NCBI GenBank assembly: GCA_035311445.1
Contig: DATGCX010000027.1
Coordinates: 9,218-73,217, forward strand
DNA length: 64,000 nt
DNA from: Xanthobacteraceae bacterium
GTDB taxonomy: Bacteria; Pseudomonadota; Alphaproteobacteria; Rhizobiales; Xanthobacteraceae
Direction of reading: 5' to 3'
Numbering within the stretch: position 1 is the first letter of the stretch; every line of letters starts with the position of its first letter. This document shows, one piece after another, positions 18,461 through 29,631 of this stretch. The notes under the pieces are model-generated. The model was not told the origin of the DNA. It worked only from the letters and a program-made list of their open reading frames with translations, and ran no database searches. The translations under genes and the position numbers were made by a program.

Positions 18461-19459
18461 TCAGCCTTTCGTATCTCCGAGGATCAACGCGTGTTTCTCC
18501 TTTGCGGGCACCTCCTCCAGCACGCCGTTACGTTTGGCCATGTCCAGAAACTGCCATTCGGCGTCGACGACCTTCTGATCCCAACGAGCCAGGAAAATCC
18601 GCTTTTCTCCTAGCCATTTTTTGTAGGTCGCGACCGCTGCGGGAGTTGTCACGCCCGCGAGCGTTCCATACTTTTGGACGGCAGCATCGAGATTCTGTGG
18701 CTCGCGCAGCCACTGAAAGGATTCCTCGGCCGCCGCCGCGAAGTTCGCTGCCCTCGCAGGGTTCTCGTAGATCCAGCTTTTCCAGGCGACGAGCGGGGCA
18801 GCCCATACGATCGGAGAACCGGTCTTGGTCTTCCAATACTCATTGGGCGAAAAGATGGAGCGGAATTTGTCCGGTTGCGAAGCCGCCTGGATGGTGAAAG
18901 AACTGATGTTGATCATGGCGTCGATCGAGCGGTTTTCCAACATCTTGAACAATGCCGGTGGTGCGAGCTGCACCATTTTTGTGTCCTTCATGATGTCGAG
19001 GCCGGCCCCGTCGATGATAGCGGCTCTGGCCGCCTTGAAGGCGCCTGCGCCGGTGGACCAGACTCCCAGGCGCTTTCCGCGCAGGTCGCTTACCGTCTTT
19101 ATCGTCGACTCCTTGGAGACGAAGATGTCCTGAATCACCGTCAGTCCACCGCCAATGACCGCCAGGTCGAAGCCCTGATTCATCTTCAAGACCGCATCGA
19201 TGCCCGAATAGGTGGCCACCATGCATTGCCTGGCGGGGAGGGCGGCGAGAAAGCCTGCGAACGGCCGCGTGTCGACCTCAAGATCGATACCGTGCTTGCG
19301 GAAAATCCCGGCGTCTCTTGCGCCCATCCAGTTCAATACGAAGACGCTGTTTTCCGGGATCACGACTTTGACTTTGTCCAAGCTCTGCGCCTTCGCGGGC
19401 GCGCCGACAAGGACGGACAGCAACAGGGCGAGGCAGGCCAGTCCTGATACTCTCTTCAT
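18461..19459 (-). CDS. ABC transporter periplasmic substrate-binding protein (NMT1/THI5-like, NitT/TauT family)
   Basis: Signal peptide MKRVSGLACLALLLSVLVGAPAKA. The 332-aa protein heads the ABC operon on the same strand. Confidence 0.85.
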   Translation of the reverse strand: MKRVSGLACLALLLSVLVGAPAKAQSLDKVKVVIPENSVFVLNWMGARDAGIFRKHGIDLEVDTRPFAGFLAALPARQCMVATYSGIDAVLKMNQGFDLAVIGGGLTVIQDIFVSKESTIKTVSDLRGKRLGVWSTGAGAFKAARAAIIDGAGLDIMKDTKMVQLAPPALFKMLENRSIDAMINISSFTIQAASQPDKFRSIFSPNEYWKTKTGSPIVWAAPLVAWKSWIYENPARAANFAAAAEESFQWLREPQNLDAAVQKYGTLAGVTTPAAVATYKKWLGEKRIFLARWDQKVVDAEWQFLDMAKRNGVLEEVPAKEKHALILGDTKG

Positions 19460-19865
19460 GACATCCTCCCGATCTTGCGGCGGGAATACCTTCGCTCCCC
19501 ATCAACACGCAGTGGTTGGGTGGGTTTCGCGACCCCGCTGGGGCGCGCGGCGATTTTGTCGCCGGACGCCAATATCTTCCAAGGAAGGCGACGCCAGACG
19601 CGGGCGCTACACGTTCGCAGGCAGGTGGTTCGTCTCGGAGAGGACGTACAACTATCGAAGAGGTGACTTAGTTGTCTCATGCCCGTCTCCGGGCCCGCGC
19701 CGGCCACAGTATCGGGCCAGCCCCGCCTCTGAGAAAGCGTTCGACATGGCGTGCGACAATTTGCGTGCAGGCGCCCATGCGGGTTCCCGCTCCGATTTCT
19801 TCCGTTTATGTCCGGGCGCTACCATTACAACGTTCAATCGGCGGGGCCCGCGCGCAGATGTTGTT

Positions 19866-20246
19866 TCAGCCGCTGCCCACCATAAAATCTCGCAGCACGA
19901 CGGCATCATTGTGGGCCTCGTCGCGGGCCGAGAATACCAGCGTGATCGGTCCTTGCCGCGCAAGGGTTCTGAGCCGATCGATTTGCTCCGACTGTTGCTG
20001 CAACTCCTTCAGATAGCGGCGGCGGAACTCGTGCCAGCGTGCCGGGTCGTGTCCGAACCATTTCCGAAGCGCTGTACTCGGGGCAAGCTCTTTCATCCAT
20101 TCATCGATTGCCGCGTCCGCCTTCTTGATGCCGCGCGGCCACAGCCGGTCGATCAACACGCGCTTGCCGTCGCCGGCCGCGGGCCGATCATAGGCGCGTT
20201 TTAGCCTGATACTGGCAGCCGCAATCTTCCCGGCCAAGCTATTCAC
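19866..20246 (-). CDS. DUF488 (YeaO-like) protein
   Basis: IRLKRAYD....DG.RVLIDRLWPRGIKK......EWMKELAPS..LRKWFGHDP.RW.EF..RY..EL is the DUF488 signature. The start is uncertain (GTG 20246 chosen; the ORF track extends to 20321). Confidence 0.75.
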   Translation of the reverse strand: MNSLAGKIAAASIRLKRAYDRPAAGDGKRVLIDRLWPRGIKKADAAIDEWMKELAPSTALRKWFGHDPARWHEFRRRYLKELQQQSEQIDRLRTLARQGPITLVFSARDEAHNDAVVLRDFMVGSG

Positions 20247-20471
20247 TCCCAATGTGCCTACGTGCCGCCGGTCGGTCCTGGACCTGATACTCCGACCCCA
20301 CAGATGAATCGAGTATGGCAAGGGCGCGTCACAAAGCCGCGAAAACAGCCGGGGTATTTCGAGTTGATAGCGCAGATATCTGCGATTAGCGTTGGCGCGA
20401 CACGAAAAACAAAGGGTCGCGCCTACTGCGCCTGTGCGTCAGCGTCGTGCTCGATCCGGTGGGAGGTGCGC

Positions 20472-22067
20472 ATGTGGGCGAAATTTTTCGGCCTTGTGGG
20501 CGTCGTGCTCGCAGTGCTCTTCTCCGCTGGTGTCCGCGCCCAGGAACCGAAGAGCGGCGGAATACTCAAGATGTATCACCGGGAGAATCCGGCGAGCCTC
20601 TCCATCCACGAGGAGGCGACCTATTCCACCAATGTGCCGGCCATGCCGATATTCAACAACGTCATAATCTATGACCAGCACAAGCCACAGAACACCATCG
20701 ACGGCATCGTTCCGGAGTTGGCCACGAGCTGGTCGTGGAACGACGATAAGACCGCGCTGACTTTCAAGATCCGTGAAGGCGTGAAGTGGCACGACGGCAA
20801 GCCATTCACCGGCAAGGACGTGAAGTGCACGTTCGACATGGTGATGGGCAAATCGCAGAACAAGTTTCGCAAGAATCCCCGCAAGGACTGGTACGAGAAC
20901 GTCGCGGACATCGTGACCGACGGCGATTTCCAGGTGACCTTCCGTCTCAAGCGCCCGCAGCCGTCGTTGCTCGCCATGCTGGCCTCAGGTTATTCGCCAG
21001 TCTATCCCTGTCACGTCCCGCCGGCGCAGATGCGCACCCATCCGATCGGCACCGGTCCCTTCAAGTTCGTCGAGATGAAGCAGAACGTGTCGATCAGGCT
21101 CACGCGCAATCCCGACTATTGGAAGAAGGGCCTGCCCTATCTCGACGGCATCGAATTCACCATCGTGCCCAACCGTTCGACGGCGGCTCTCGGCTTCGTT
21201 GCGGGGCGGTTCGACATGACCTTCCCGGGCGAAGTGACACCCGCGCTGCTCAAGGATATCCGTTCGCAGGCTCCGAACGCTGACTGTGAGATGGTGAGTA
21301 CCAACATCAATACCAATCTGATCATCAACCGCGACAAGCCGCCGCTCGACAACCCTGATATCAGGCGCGCATTGGCACTTGCGCTCGGGCGGGGCGCCTT
21401 TATCGACGCGCTGTTCCAGGGGGAGGGCGACGTCGGGGGTGCGCTGCTGCCGCCGCCGGCCGGCGTGTGGGGTCTGCCCACCGACATTCTCGAGACAATC
21501 CCAGGCTATGGGCGTGACGTCGCGAAGAACCGCGTCGAGGCTCGCGCGATCATGCAGAAGCTCGGCTATGGGCCGGAAAAGCGGCTCAGGCTCAACGTTT
21601 CGACGCGCAACCTCCCTATCTATCGCGACCCCGCAGTTCTCCTCATCGATCAGCTCAAGGACATCTATATCGACGGGGAGCTCGATGTGGTCGAGAGCGG
21701 GATCTGGTTCGCACGGCTCGCCCGCCACGACTATTCGATCGGGCTCAACCTTACCGGCAACGGCATCGACGACCCCGACCAGACATTCTACGAGAACTAC
21801 GCCTGCGGCTCGGAACGCAACTACACTCAGTATTGCAACAACGATCTTGAAAAGCTGTTCGACAAGCAATCCGCCGAAACCGATATCGCGAAACGCAAGA
21901 AGCTCGTCTGGGAGATAGACAAGAAACTCCAGGAGGACGTGGCACGGCCGATCCTCTATCACACTCACGAGGCGAACTGCTGGCAGCCCTATGTGAAGAA
22001 CGTTACCGTGATGGTGAACAGCAGCTACAACGGATTCCGCTACGAGGACCTGTGGCTGGACAAGTAG
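20472..22067 (+). CDS. ABC transporter substrate-binding protein, family 5 (peptide/nickel type)
   Basis: ATG 20472 preceded by GGGAGG. Signal MWAKFFGLVGVVLAVLFSAGVRAQ. The ~530-aa SBP is followed by two permeases and two ATPases. Confidence 0.9.
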   Translation: MWAKFFGLVGVVLAVLFSAGVRAQEPKSGGILKMYHRENPASLSIHEEATYSTNVPAMPIFNNVIIYDQHKPQNTIDGIVPELATSWSWNDDKTALTFKIREGVKWHDGKPFTGKDVKCTFDMVMGKSQNKFRKNPRKDWYENVADIVTDGDFQVTFRLKRPQPSLLAMLASGYSPVYPCHVPPAQMRTHPIGTGPFKFVEMKQNVSIRLTRNPDYWKKGLPYLDGIEFTIVPNRSTAALGFVAGRFDMTFPGEVTPALLKDIRSQAPNADCEMVSTNINTNLIINRDKPPLDNPDIRRALALALGRGAFIDALFQGEGDVGGALLPPPAGVWGLPTDILETIPGYGRDVAKNRVEARAIMQKLGYGPEKRLRLNVSTRNLPIYRDPAVLLIDQLKDIYIDGELDVVESGIWFARLARHDYSIGLNLTGNGIDDPDQTFYENYACGSERNYTQYCNNDLEKLFDKQSAETDIAKRKKLVWEIDKKLQEDVARPILYHTHEANCWQPYVKNVTVMVNSSYNGFRYEDLWLDK

Positions 22068-22217
22068 GTTCAGCGCGACGGCTCGTTCTCCGATGACGTG
22101 ACATGGTATTGGGGCGCACATTCCGTCGAAATTGGAACTTCCCATTCAAATTGGATGGCACGCGGCTGCTCTACCCCTCGACGGGAGCGATGACCGAGCG
22201 AAGCAAGGGCGAGTGAG

Positions 22218-23165
22218 ATGGGTGCCTACCTGATCAGGCGCTTCTTCCTGATGCTGCTCACGCTGTTCGGCATCTCCGTGGTGATATTTGTGCTGCTGCG
22301 GATTGTCCCCGGAGACATCGCGGATATCCTGTTCGCCGCCGCCGGCATGATCGATCCCGCGGAGAAGGCGCAGATCCAGAAGGAGATCGGCCTCGACCAG
22401 CCCCTCGTCTTGCAATATGCGCAATGGATCGGCGGACTGCTCCACGGCGACCTGGGCTATTCCTATGTCTCCGAGAAGCCGGCCCTTGAGGAAATCGCGC
22501 CGCGGATTCCGATTTCCGCGAAGCTTGCCGGGCTCGCCCTCCTCTTTGCGGTCTCCTTCGGCATTCCGCTCGGCGTCATCAGCGCGGTCCGCCAGAACAC
22601 GCTTCTCGACTACGTGCTGCGCGTGGTGAGTCTGAGCGGCCTCTCGCTCCCATCGTTCTGGCTCGGGCTCCTCATTCTCATCGTGTTTGTCCGCTATCTG
22701 GGTTGGATCCCGATCTATGCCGAGCCGCCGGCGAGCGCCTGGGACGCGTTCGTCCTGTACAGCATCCCCGCCGCCGCTGTCGGCTTCCGCTCTTCCGCAC
22801 TGATGATGCGGCTCACGCGCTCGTCCATGCTCGAAGTGCTGCGCCAGGACTACATCCGCACCGCGCGCGCCAAGGGTGCCTCGCCCGTCTCGGTCAGCAT
22901 CAAACACGCACTCCGCAACGCAGTGCTGCCGGTCGTCACCATCATCGGCATCGAGGCCGCCTTCCTGGTCGGGGGACTGATCGTTACGGAAACGGTGTTC
23001 AACATTCCCGGCGTCGCTCGGTTCCTGGTCGAGGCGATCCGCTGGCGTGACTATCCGATCGTGCAGAATCTTGTCCTGTTCATTGCGGTCGTGGTTGTGA
23101 CAATGAATTTCCTTATAGACATGGCCTATCTCGCGCTCGATCCGCGTATCGCCTACGAGAAGTGA
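22218..23165 (+). CDS. ABC peptide-type permease (DppB/OppB-like)
   Basis: MGAYLIRRFFLMLLTLFGISVVIFVLLRIVPGD N-terminus and YIRTARAKG motif. Confidence 0.9.
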   Translation: MGAYLIRRFFLMLLTLFGISVVIFVLLRIVPGDIADILFAAAGMIDPAEKAQIQKEIGLDQPLVLQYAQWIGGLLHGDLGYSYVSEKPALEEIAPRIPISAKLAGLALLFAVSFGIPLGVISAVRQNTLLDYVLRVVSLSGLSLPSFWLGLLILIVFVRYLGWIPIYAEPPASAWDAFVLYSIPAAAVGFRSSALMMRLTRSSMLEVLRQDYIRTARAKGASPVSVSIKHALRNAVLPVVTIIGIEAAFLVGGLIVTETVFNIPGVARFLVEAIRWRDYPIVQNLVLFIAVVVVTMNFLIDMAYLALDPRIAYEK

Positions 23166-24073
23166 ACCTGCCTGGAGACGCCGTGGCCGTCATCGAAAGC
23201 AGAGCAAAGCGAGTGGAAGTCGGCGCAGCGCAGGGATGGGTCGGCACATTCGGCTATTTCGCCCGCCGCTATCCCCTGGGCGTGGCGGGGGCCGCGATCG
23301 GCCTCATCTTCGTGCTGATGGCACTGTTTGCGGACTGGATCACCACGTTCGATCCGACCGCAACCGACCCACGCAACACGCTCGCTTGGCCGAGCAGCGT
23401 CCACCCGCTCGGAACGGATTATCTCGGCCGGGACATGTGGAGCCGGATCGTCTACGGCGCGCGTATTTCACTCGCCGTCGGGCTCGGTTCGACCTCGCTG
23501 GGATGCCTGTTCGGGTGCACGATCGGGCTGATGTCCGGATATTTCGGCGGCTGGCTCGACCTCATCGTCCAGCGCTTGATGGACATCATGCAGTCGCTGC
23601 CGCTGCTGGTGATGGCGCTGGTCTTGACCGCGGCGCTCGGGCCGTCGCTTCCCAACACCATCATCGCAATCTCGATTCCGCTCATCCCATACGTGTCCCG
23701 GGTCATCCGCTCCAACACGTTGATGCTCCGGGAAATGCCGTATGTAGAGGCGGCGCGCGCGGTGGGCATGAACGAATTCGCGATCGCCGTGCGTCACGTT
23801 CTTCCTAACACGCTGGCGCCGTTGATCGTGCTCGCCACTGCCCAAGTCGGGTCCGCCATCCTGGTAGAGGCTGCGCTTTCCTTCCTCGGCCTCGGCGTGC
23901 CCGAGCCGCATCCCTCCTGGGGACGGATGCTATCGGAATCGGTCGCGGAATACGTCCGCATTGCCCCGTGGCTGGTGATCTTTCCCGGGACGGCGATCAG
24001 CCTCGCGGTATTCGCCACCAATCTCGTGGGCGACGCCTTGCGCGACATCCTCGATCCACGGCAACGCGACTGA
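23162..24073 (+). CDS. ABC peptide-type permease (DppC/OppC-like)
   Basis: The GTG start overlaps the upstream stop (GTGA). PLGTDYLGRDMWSRIVYGARISL motif. Confidence 0.9.
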   Translation: MNLPGDAVAVIESRAKRVEVGAAQGWVGTFGYFARRYPLGVAGAAIGLIFVLMALFADWITTFDPTATDPRNTLAWPSSVHPLGTDYLGRDMWSRIVYGARISLAVGLGSTSLGCLFGCTIGLMSGYFGGWLDLIVQRLMDIMQSLPLLVMALVLTAALGPSLPNTIIAISIPLIPYVSRVIRSNTLMLREMPYVEAARAVGMNEFAIAVRHVLPNTLAPLIVLATAQVGSAILVEAALSFLGLGVPEPHPSWGRMLSESVAEYVRIAPWLVIFPGTAISLAVFATNLVGDALRDILDPRQRD

Positions 24074-24082
24074 CGGGCCGCC

Positions 24083-25148
24083 ATGACGCAGTCATCCGTC
24101 ACGACGCAAATGCCGCGCCAGGCAGCGGCTGGCGAGCGGGCGCGCGATAACAGGGGACCGCTGCTTGAAGTCGAGGATCTGCGAACTTGGTTCTATCTTC
24201 GCCACGGTGTGCTCAAGGCGGTCGACGGGCTCGGCTTTTCGCTTGCGGCCGGTGAGACCCTCGCGGTTGTCGGCGAATCCGGTTGCGGCAAGAGCGTGAG
24301 CGCGCTGTCCTTGATGCGGCTCGTCCCTAACCCGCCCGGCAAGACGGTCGGCGGGTCGATAAAGCTTGCCGGCGTTGACCTCTTGCGGCTCAGCGAGCGC
24401 GAGATGCGCGCCGTACGCGGCCGCGAAATATCCATGATTTTTCAGGAACCGATGACCTCACTCAATCCGGTGATGCGCATCGGCGACCAGATTGCAGAAG
24501 CGGTTCTGTTGCACGACTCTGTAGGCCGATCGGACGCGCTGCGGCGGGCGCTTGATATTCTCGGCCTGGTGCGGATGCCCGCGGCCAAGCAGAGGCTAAG
24601 CGAATATCCCCACCAGCTTTCCGGCGGAATGCGCCAGCGCGCCATGATTGCCATGGCGCTCGCCTGTAATCCGAAGGTGCTGATCGCCGACGAACCCACC
24701 ACCGCGCTCGACGTCACGATCCAGGCGCAGATCCTCGACCTTATCGTCGATCTTCAACGCAAGCTCGGCACTGCCGTGATCCTGATCACCCACGACCTCG
24801 GCGTGGTCGCGGAAACGGCGCAGCGGGTGATCGTGATGTATGCCGGGCGTAAGGTGGAGGAGGCGGCAGTCGGCGAGCTGTTCGTCCGGCCGCTGCATCC
24901 CTACACGCGCGGGCTCCTGGAGTCGGTGCCGCGCCTTGGCTCGATGCGCGGCGAGGTGGCTGTGCGTCGACGGCTGAAGGAAATACCCGGGATCGTTCCG
25001 CCGCTGACGAATCTGCCTGCGGGCTGCGCGTTCGCCCCGCGTTGCGCCCTTGCTGATGACAAATGCCGTGGTCTCTTTCCGGCGTATGAGGAAAAACGCC
25101 CACAGCATTGGGTGGCGTGCTGGCATTCCGACGCGCCGGAGGCCGCCA

Positions 25149-25156
<8 letters not shown>
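24083..25156 (+). CDS. ABC peptide-type ATP-binding protein (DppD/OppD-like)
   Basis: Walker A GESGCGKS, signature [15 protein letters not shown], and the C-terminal oligopeptide-ATPase extension (HPYTRGLL..P). Confidence 0.9.
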
Positions 25157-26159
<1,003 letters not shown>

Positions 26160-26164
26160 TGCAT

Positions 26165-26400
26165 CTTGGGCTCTCAAGCGCCGCGTGCTCGTCGACCTGG
26201 AGGCCCAACTGAAGGAACCCAGGGCTATCGAGCAATTCCTCGTCACCTACACCGAGGAACGTAAACGCCTCGCAGCGGCGGAAGAGACCAAGCGCCAGCG
26301 CAAGGAGACCCGTTGGGCGAGGTGAAGCGCGAATTCGACCGCGCATTCGACAGGGCACGGCTACAGAAGAGAGTCGTCCTGTTTGGCGGCCCCGCCTTGG
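26165..26400 (+). pseudogene. possible remnant of a large serine recombinase (coiled-coil region)
   Basis: LKRRVLVDLEAQLKEPRAIEQFLVTYTEERKRLAAAEETKRQRKE...EVKREFDRAFDRAR (two frames) resembles the post-zinc-ribbon coiled-coil of recombinase-family proteins. No catalytic domain is present. Confidence 0.3.
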
Positions 26401-26629
26401 CCGATTGCCGGTATTACAGATGCTAGGGCAGCGGGCCTTACTGGCACTTTTGAAAATCGTTGCAGCGGACAAGATGGGGGTAGCCGTCAGGAACACGAAG
26501 ATAAACCCTAGCAAGACGAATAAGAGCCCCCCGGTCTGCAAATGGTGGCAACTCACTCTGAGTCAAACGGTCGTAGTAGTAATGCGTCGGATAGAATTGG
26601 ACAACCACCATGCCTAATGGAGATTCCTG

Positions 26630-27189
26630 ATGAACTGTCGTGACGATCAGTACAATTCTATTCCCACAGTTTCCCTTCACAGCCGGCGATGCATTATTAC
26701 CGCACTGGCTTCCGCCGCTGTATTGTCTCCCGGCCTTTCGGTTGCCGCCACTGATGCGTCAGCCGACGATGAACGGTTCATGCGCATTGCCCTGGATGAA
26801 GCTCGACAAGCTGATTTCCCGTTCGGCGCCGTGATTGTGCGCGACGGACAGGTCCTTGTACGCGGGCACAATCTTGGAAGGACGAACGGCGACCCAACCG
26901 CGCATGGCGGATGACGGCAATACACCGCTGCCTCGTCGACCACGGGAGCGCCGCCCTTCGAGGCAGCACGCTCTACACTTCCGGTGAACCCTGCAACATG
27001 TACATGGGTGCAATTCTATGGTGCCGCATGGGCCGCCTGGTCTTTGCCGCCTCTGTGCAGCAGTTCGCCACGACACTCGATCAGATCATGATCTCAAGCG
27101 CAGATATCGCTGCGAAAGCGCCATTCGCGCCGATCGCGATCACTGGAGGCGTCTTAGCGGACGAGGCAATGCAGTTGTTTCGCAAATAG
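26630..27189 (+). pseudogene. CMP/dCMP-type nucleoside (guanine/tRNA-adenosine-like) deaminase, inactivated
   Basis: ORFs 26630..26914 and 26911..27189 join as one deaminase: ...FPFGAVIVRDGQVLVRGHN...DPTAHG|(E)MTAIHRCL...TLYTSGEPCNMYMGAILW. The frame breaks exactly in the catalytic H(A/G)E codon (cat ggc g-g atg). The PCxxC zinc motif reads PCNMY. Confidence 0.75.
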
Positions 27190-27190
27190 C

Positions 27191-27391
27191 TTGCGATTTG
27201 AGTTGCTCGCCGCATTGGGCGTGTTCGGGACTAGCACAGGCTGGCCGGACGTGTTGGTGGCAGCGATCATGGCCAACTTGGCGTTGCAAGGGGCGTGCAT
27301 GATGATTCGGCAAGCTCGGATCGAGCTGCAAAGGGCAAAGCACCCGGTCACGTTTCCCGCCGAATACCCCAAGGCTCAACGCCGTGATTGA
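27191..27391 (+). pseudogene. possible C-terminal fragment of a small cation-transporter (CDF-like) gene
   Basis: 66-aa ORF ...LLAALGVFGTSTGWPDVLVAAIMANLALQGACMMIRQARIELQ resembles the last helix of small cation-efflux proteins. No upstream part is present. Confidence 0.3.
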
Positions 27392-27645
27392 TCCAACCTC
27401 AAGACCGCCAAGGCGCTGGGCCTGACGCCGTCATTAAGCGGCTCCGTATGGCAGCGAAGTATGTCTTCATCGGCGAGCCCAATCTTGACCAGCGCGCGGT
27501 ACCGATTGCGGCCGTCGAGGATCTTGCCCTCGTACATGGTGATCTTGTCTCTAGCGCCATGCGCCTGGATGTCGGCGACAAGCGCATCGAAATCGGCGCC
27601 CTTAAGAAGCGGAAAGATGTTCGCCAGCAGGTGAAATTCGATCAT
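27376..27645 (-). pseudogene. truncated ParB-like nuclease-domain protein
   Basis: MIEFHLLANIFPLLKGADFDALVADIQAHGARDKITMYEGKILDGRNRYRA matches the ParB N-terminal domain of phage/ICE proteins. Homology stops after ~65 aa, where the sequence becomes antisense to the SBP relic. Confidence 0.55.
27392..27436 (+). pseudogene. ~15-codon relic of the C-terminus of an ABC substrate-binding protein
   Basis: Frame 2 reads SNLKTAKALGLTPSL directly after a stop. (I)NLKTAKALGLT(I)PPSLL is the conserved tail of a large Bradyrhizobiaceae SBP family, recalled from memory. Confidence 0.35.
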
Positions 27646-27971
27646 GGATATTGCCCTCGCCGAGATTGCGATCTGGGATGCGTCGTCAGCAGCGCCATGG
27701 CGAGCATCAGGATTACGCCAGCCATCGATGGCGTAGCGACCAAGCCGATGATGCGTAGGCGGGCGATGTCGGCCGGCGACGGCGTGATGGTGCCGCGGCT
27801 TAACGAGCCCACGATTGCGCTAACCGCTTCGGCTTGCGGGTCCGCGGATGTGATGGGCGTCGCCTCAGCCGACGAGGCCTCCGCCTTGCGGATATCCTCA
27901 TCGAGCTTGTCCCTGCGCTTTGCCGTCTGTAGCGCCTGCCGCAACGGCAGGATGGGGGCGCAGGCCTTCAT
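27642..27971 (-). CDS. hypothetical protein with a C-terminal membrane anchor
   Basis: 109-aa ORF whose stop overlaps the ParB-like start (ATGA). Charged coiled-coil-like N-terminus and a hydrophobic C-terminus (IIGLVATPSMAGVILMLAMALL). The frame stays open upstream to 28136 without an ATG, GTG or TTG. Confidence 0.4.
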   Translation of the reverse strand: MKACAPILPLRQALQTAKRRDKLDEDIRKAEASSAEATPITSADPQAEAVSAIVGSLSRGTITPSPADIARLRIIGLVATPSMAGVILMLAMALLTTHPRSQSRRGQYP

Positions 27972-28110
27972 GGTGTCAGTTGTTAACTGGGTGCAGCCGC
28001 GCGTGGCGTCCCATGCATCCCGATCAACCCGGTCGACCTTGGGACGCTCCCGTTGGATTTGGATATCAAGCTCGGCGACGGACTTCGTTTCGGCAATGGT
28101 CTTGCGTTCA

Positions 28111-29242
28111 TCACGCCACCGCAGGAGTCCTGCCTGAACCAGTCCGTTTGAGTATCAGGAAAGCATCAACCCCTCCGCCGAGTCCCAAGGTCCCGCTGAT
28201 CTCTTCGACCGGATCCTCGGATGCACCCTTGCGGGTGTGGTGAATTATCAGGATGGTAATCGAGCGCCGGATTGCGAGTCCCTGCAAGCGCGAAACCGCG
28301 TTGTAATCTTGTTCATAAGCGTTCTTGTTTGTTGACGGCGCCCGGAACTTGGCGAGGACATCGACAACCACCAACCGTGCATCCGGATGCGCCTCGCACC
28401 AGGCGTCGATCGCCTCGATTCCTCCCTCGTTCTCGCGCGGCCATTTCGTTTCGTAGTTGAAGCGCTCCGGCCATTTGCCGCCGAATGTCGGAAGTAATTT
28501 GGTGATACGCCGTTGAAGCCTTCGGTCACCATCTTCCAGCGCAAGATACAGAACATCGCCCTCCTCACACTTCTTGTCGCCAAGGCAGTATCGAGCAGAT
28601 GCGACGGCCAGACCAACATCAAGGGCGAACCATGATTTTCCGTGTTTTGGTTTCCCAGCTAGTAGCACAAAGCCTTCCACAATGAGAGCCGGCACGATGT
28701 ATTTGAGCTGCGGGAAAGGTCATGGTCTGAAGCGCTGTTGCAGTCTTTATGCCTGCAAGCACTGTGGCGATCAGATCTCGCTTGCGGTCGCGGGCGTCGG
28801 CGCGCGTCTTCTGGTCACGATCGCTGGCGGGGCCTCGATCTTCTCGGATCTTGCCGTCCTCGCGCTCCTGCTCGCGCGCGCCATTGACGCTGGCTTTGAG
28901 CTTGCCACGTATTGCGCGCGTTCTGATCCGCTCGAACGTCCGATCGAATTCATCCATCGGGTCGCTCATGACATACCCCCAAAAGGGATCGCGATCGAGC
29001 AGTCCCCATCTGATCACGTGCGCAATATCCTCGTCGGCGTGGCGTCCCAGGTCGGCGGCAAGGCCAGAGGTGACCGCCAGCTTTGTGAATTCCTCGGCCA
29101 CCACGTCGGCAGCACCGAGCTTGCGGGCTGCCACGACACCCGCCCACAGCACCCGGATGCGGTACGTCACAGGAGTCGAGCGATCGAGATGTGGCCGCAC
29201 CTTGGCGATGGCAATGCCGAGCATGTCGAGCGGTGCATTCAT
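28111..29242 (-). pseudogene. AAA/RepA-like (AAA_25-type) island replication ATPase, frameshifted and C-terminally truncated
   Basis: ORF 28619..29341 (from MNAPLDMLGIAIAK...) ends ...ALQTMTFPAAQIH. The other frame continues (FP)QLKYIVPALIVEGFVLLAGKPKHGKSWFALDVGLAVA...VVVDVL...ILIIHHTRKG. Removing one C from the GGG at 28712-28714 (plus strand) restores the frame. The product stops early after LILKRTGSG. Confidence 0.7.
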
Positions 29243-29261
29243 CGCGGCATCCTCGGCCACG

Positions 29262-29474
29262 TCACGCGTGAGCGTGAGCCGGCGCCTTGATCTGGGCCGG
29301 GGGCAACGACGCGAAGTGATCGTCCAGAGTGCGCGTGACAATCAGGGTGCGGCGACCGTTTTTGACGGCCGCGATCTTTCCCTGGCCTATCAAAATGTAG
29401 AGGGCTGACCGGCTGAGATTATGCCGAGCGCAGGCATCTCGGACAGAGAGGTGGATTGCAGTGGTCTCAGGCAT
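29262..29474 (-). CDS. AlpA/excisionase-like helix-turn-helix DNA-binding protein
   Basis: MPETTAIHLSVRDACARHNLSRSALYILIGQGKIAAVKNGRRTLI is a typical small island HTH. AAGGAAG lies upstream of ATG 29474. Confidence 0.7.
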   Translation of the reverse strand: MPETTAIHLSVRDACARHNLSRSALYILIGQGKIAAVKNGRRTLIVTRTLDDHFASLPPAQIKAPAHAHA

Positions 29475-29631
29475 GGTGTCTTCCTTTCGGGGACAGTCCA
29501 CCTGAACTCACACCAACTAACGAGTTCTCAGTGTTATGTCCGCCAGTGCATGGGAAGACACCTCATTACAAACACGCGATCGATTCGGGGTAGGGACAAA
29601 ACCTCAGAAATCGAAATTCTTCACTGGATCG

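Noticed and set aside
19460-19720. Possible TPP (THI-box) riboswitch upstream of the NMT1/THI5-like binding-protein operon
   Set aside because: I read the minus strand and found no CUGAGA...ACCUGAUCUGGAUAAUACCAGCG-type core, only a loose ccgagacgaaccacctg. A covariance-model scan (Rfam RF00059) would be decisive.
26438-26680. 80-aa minus ORF (MKGNCGNRIVLIV...) and ORF 25990..26556 in the low-GC stretch before the deaminase
   Set aside because: There are no recognisable motifs, and both overlap other relics. They could be remnants, but I cannot support a call.
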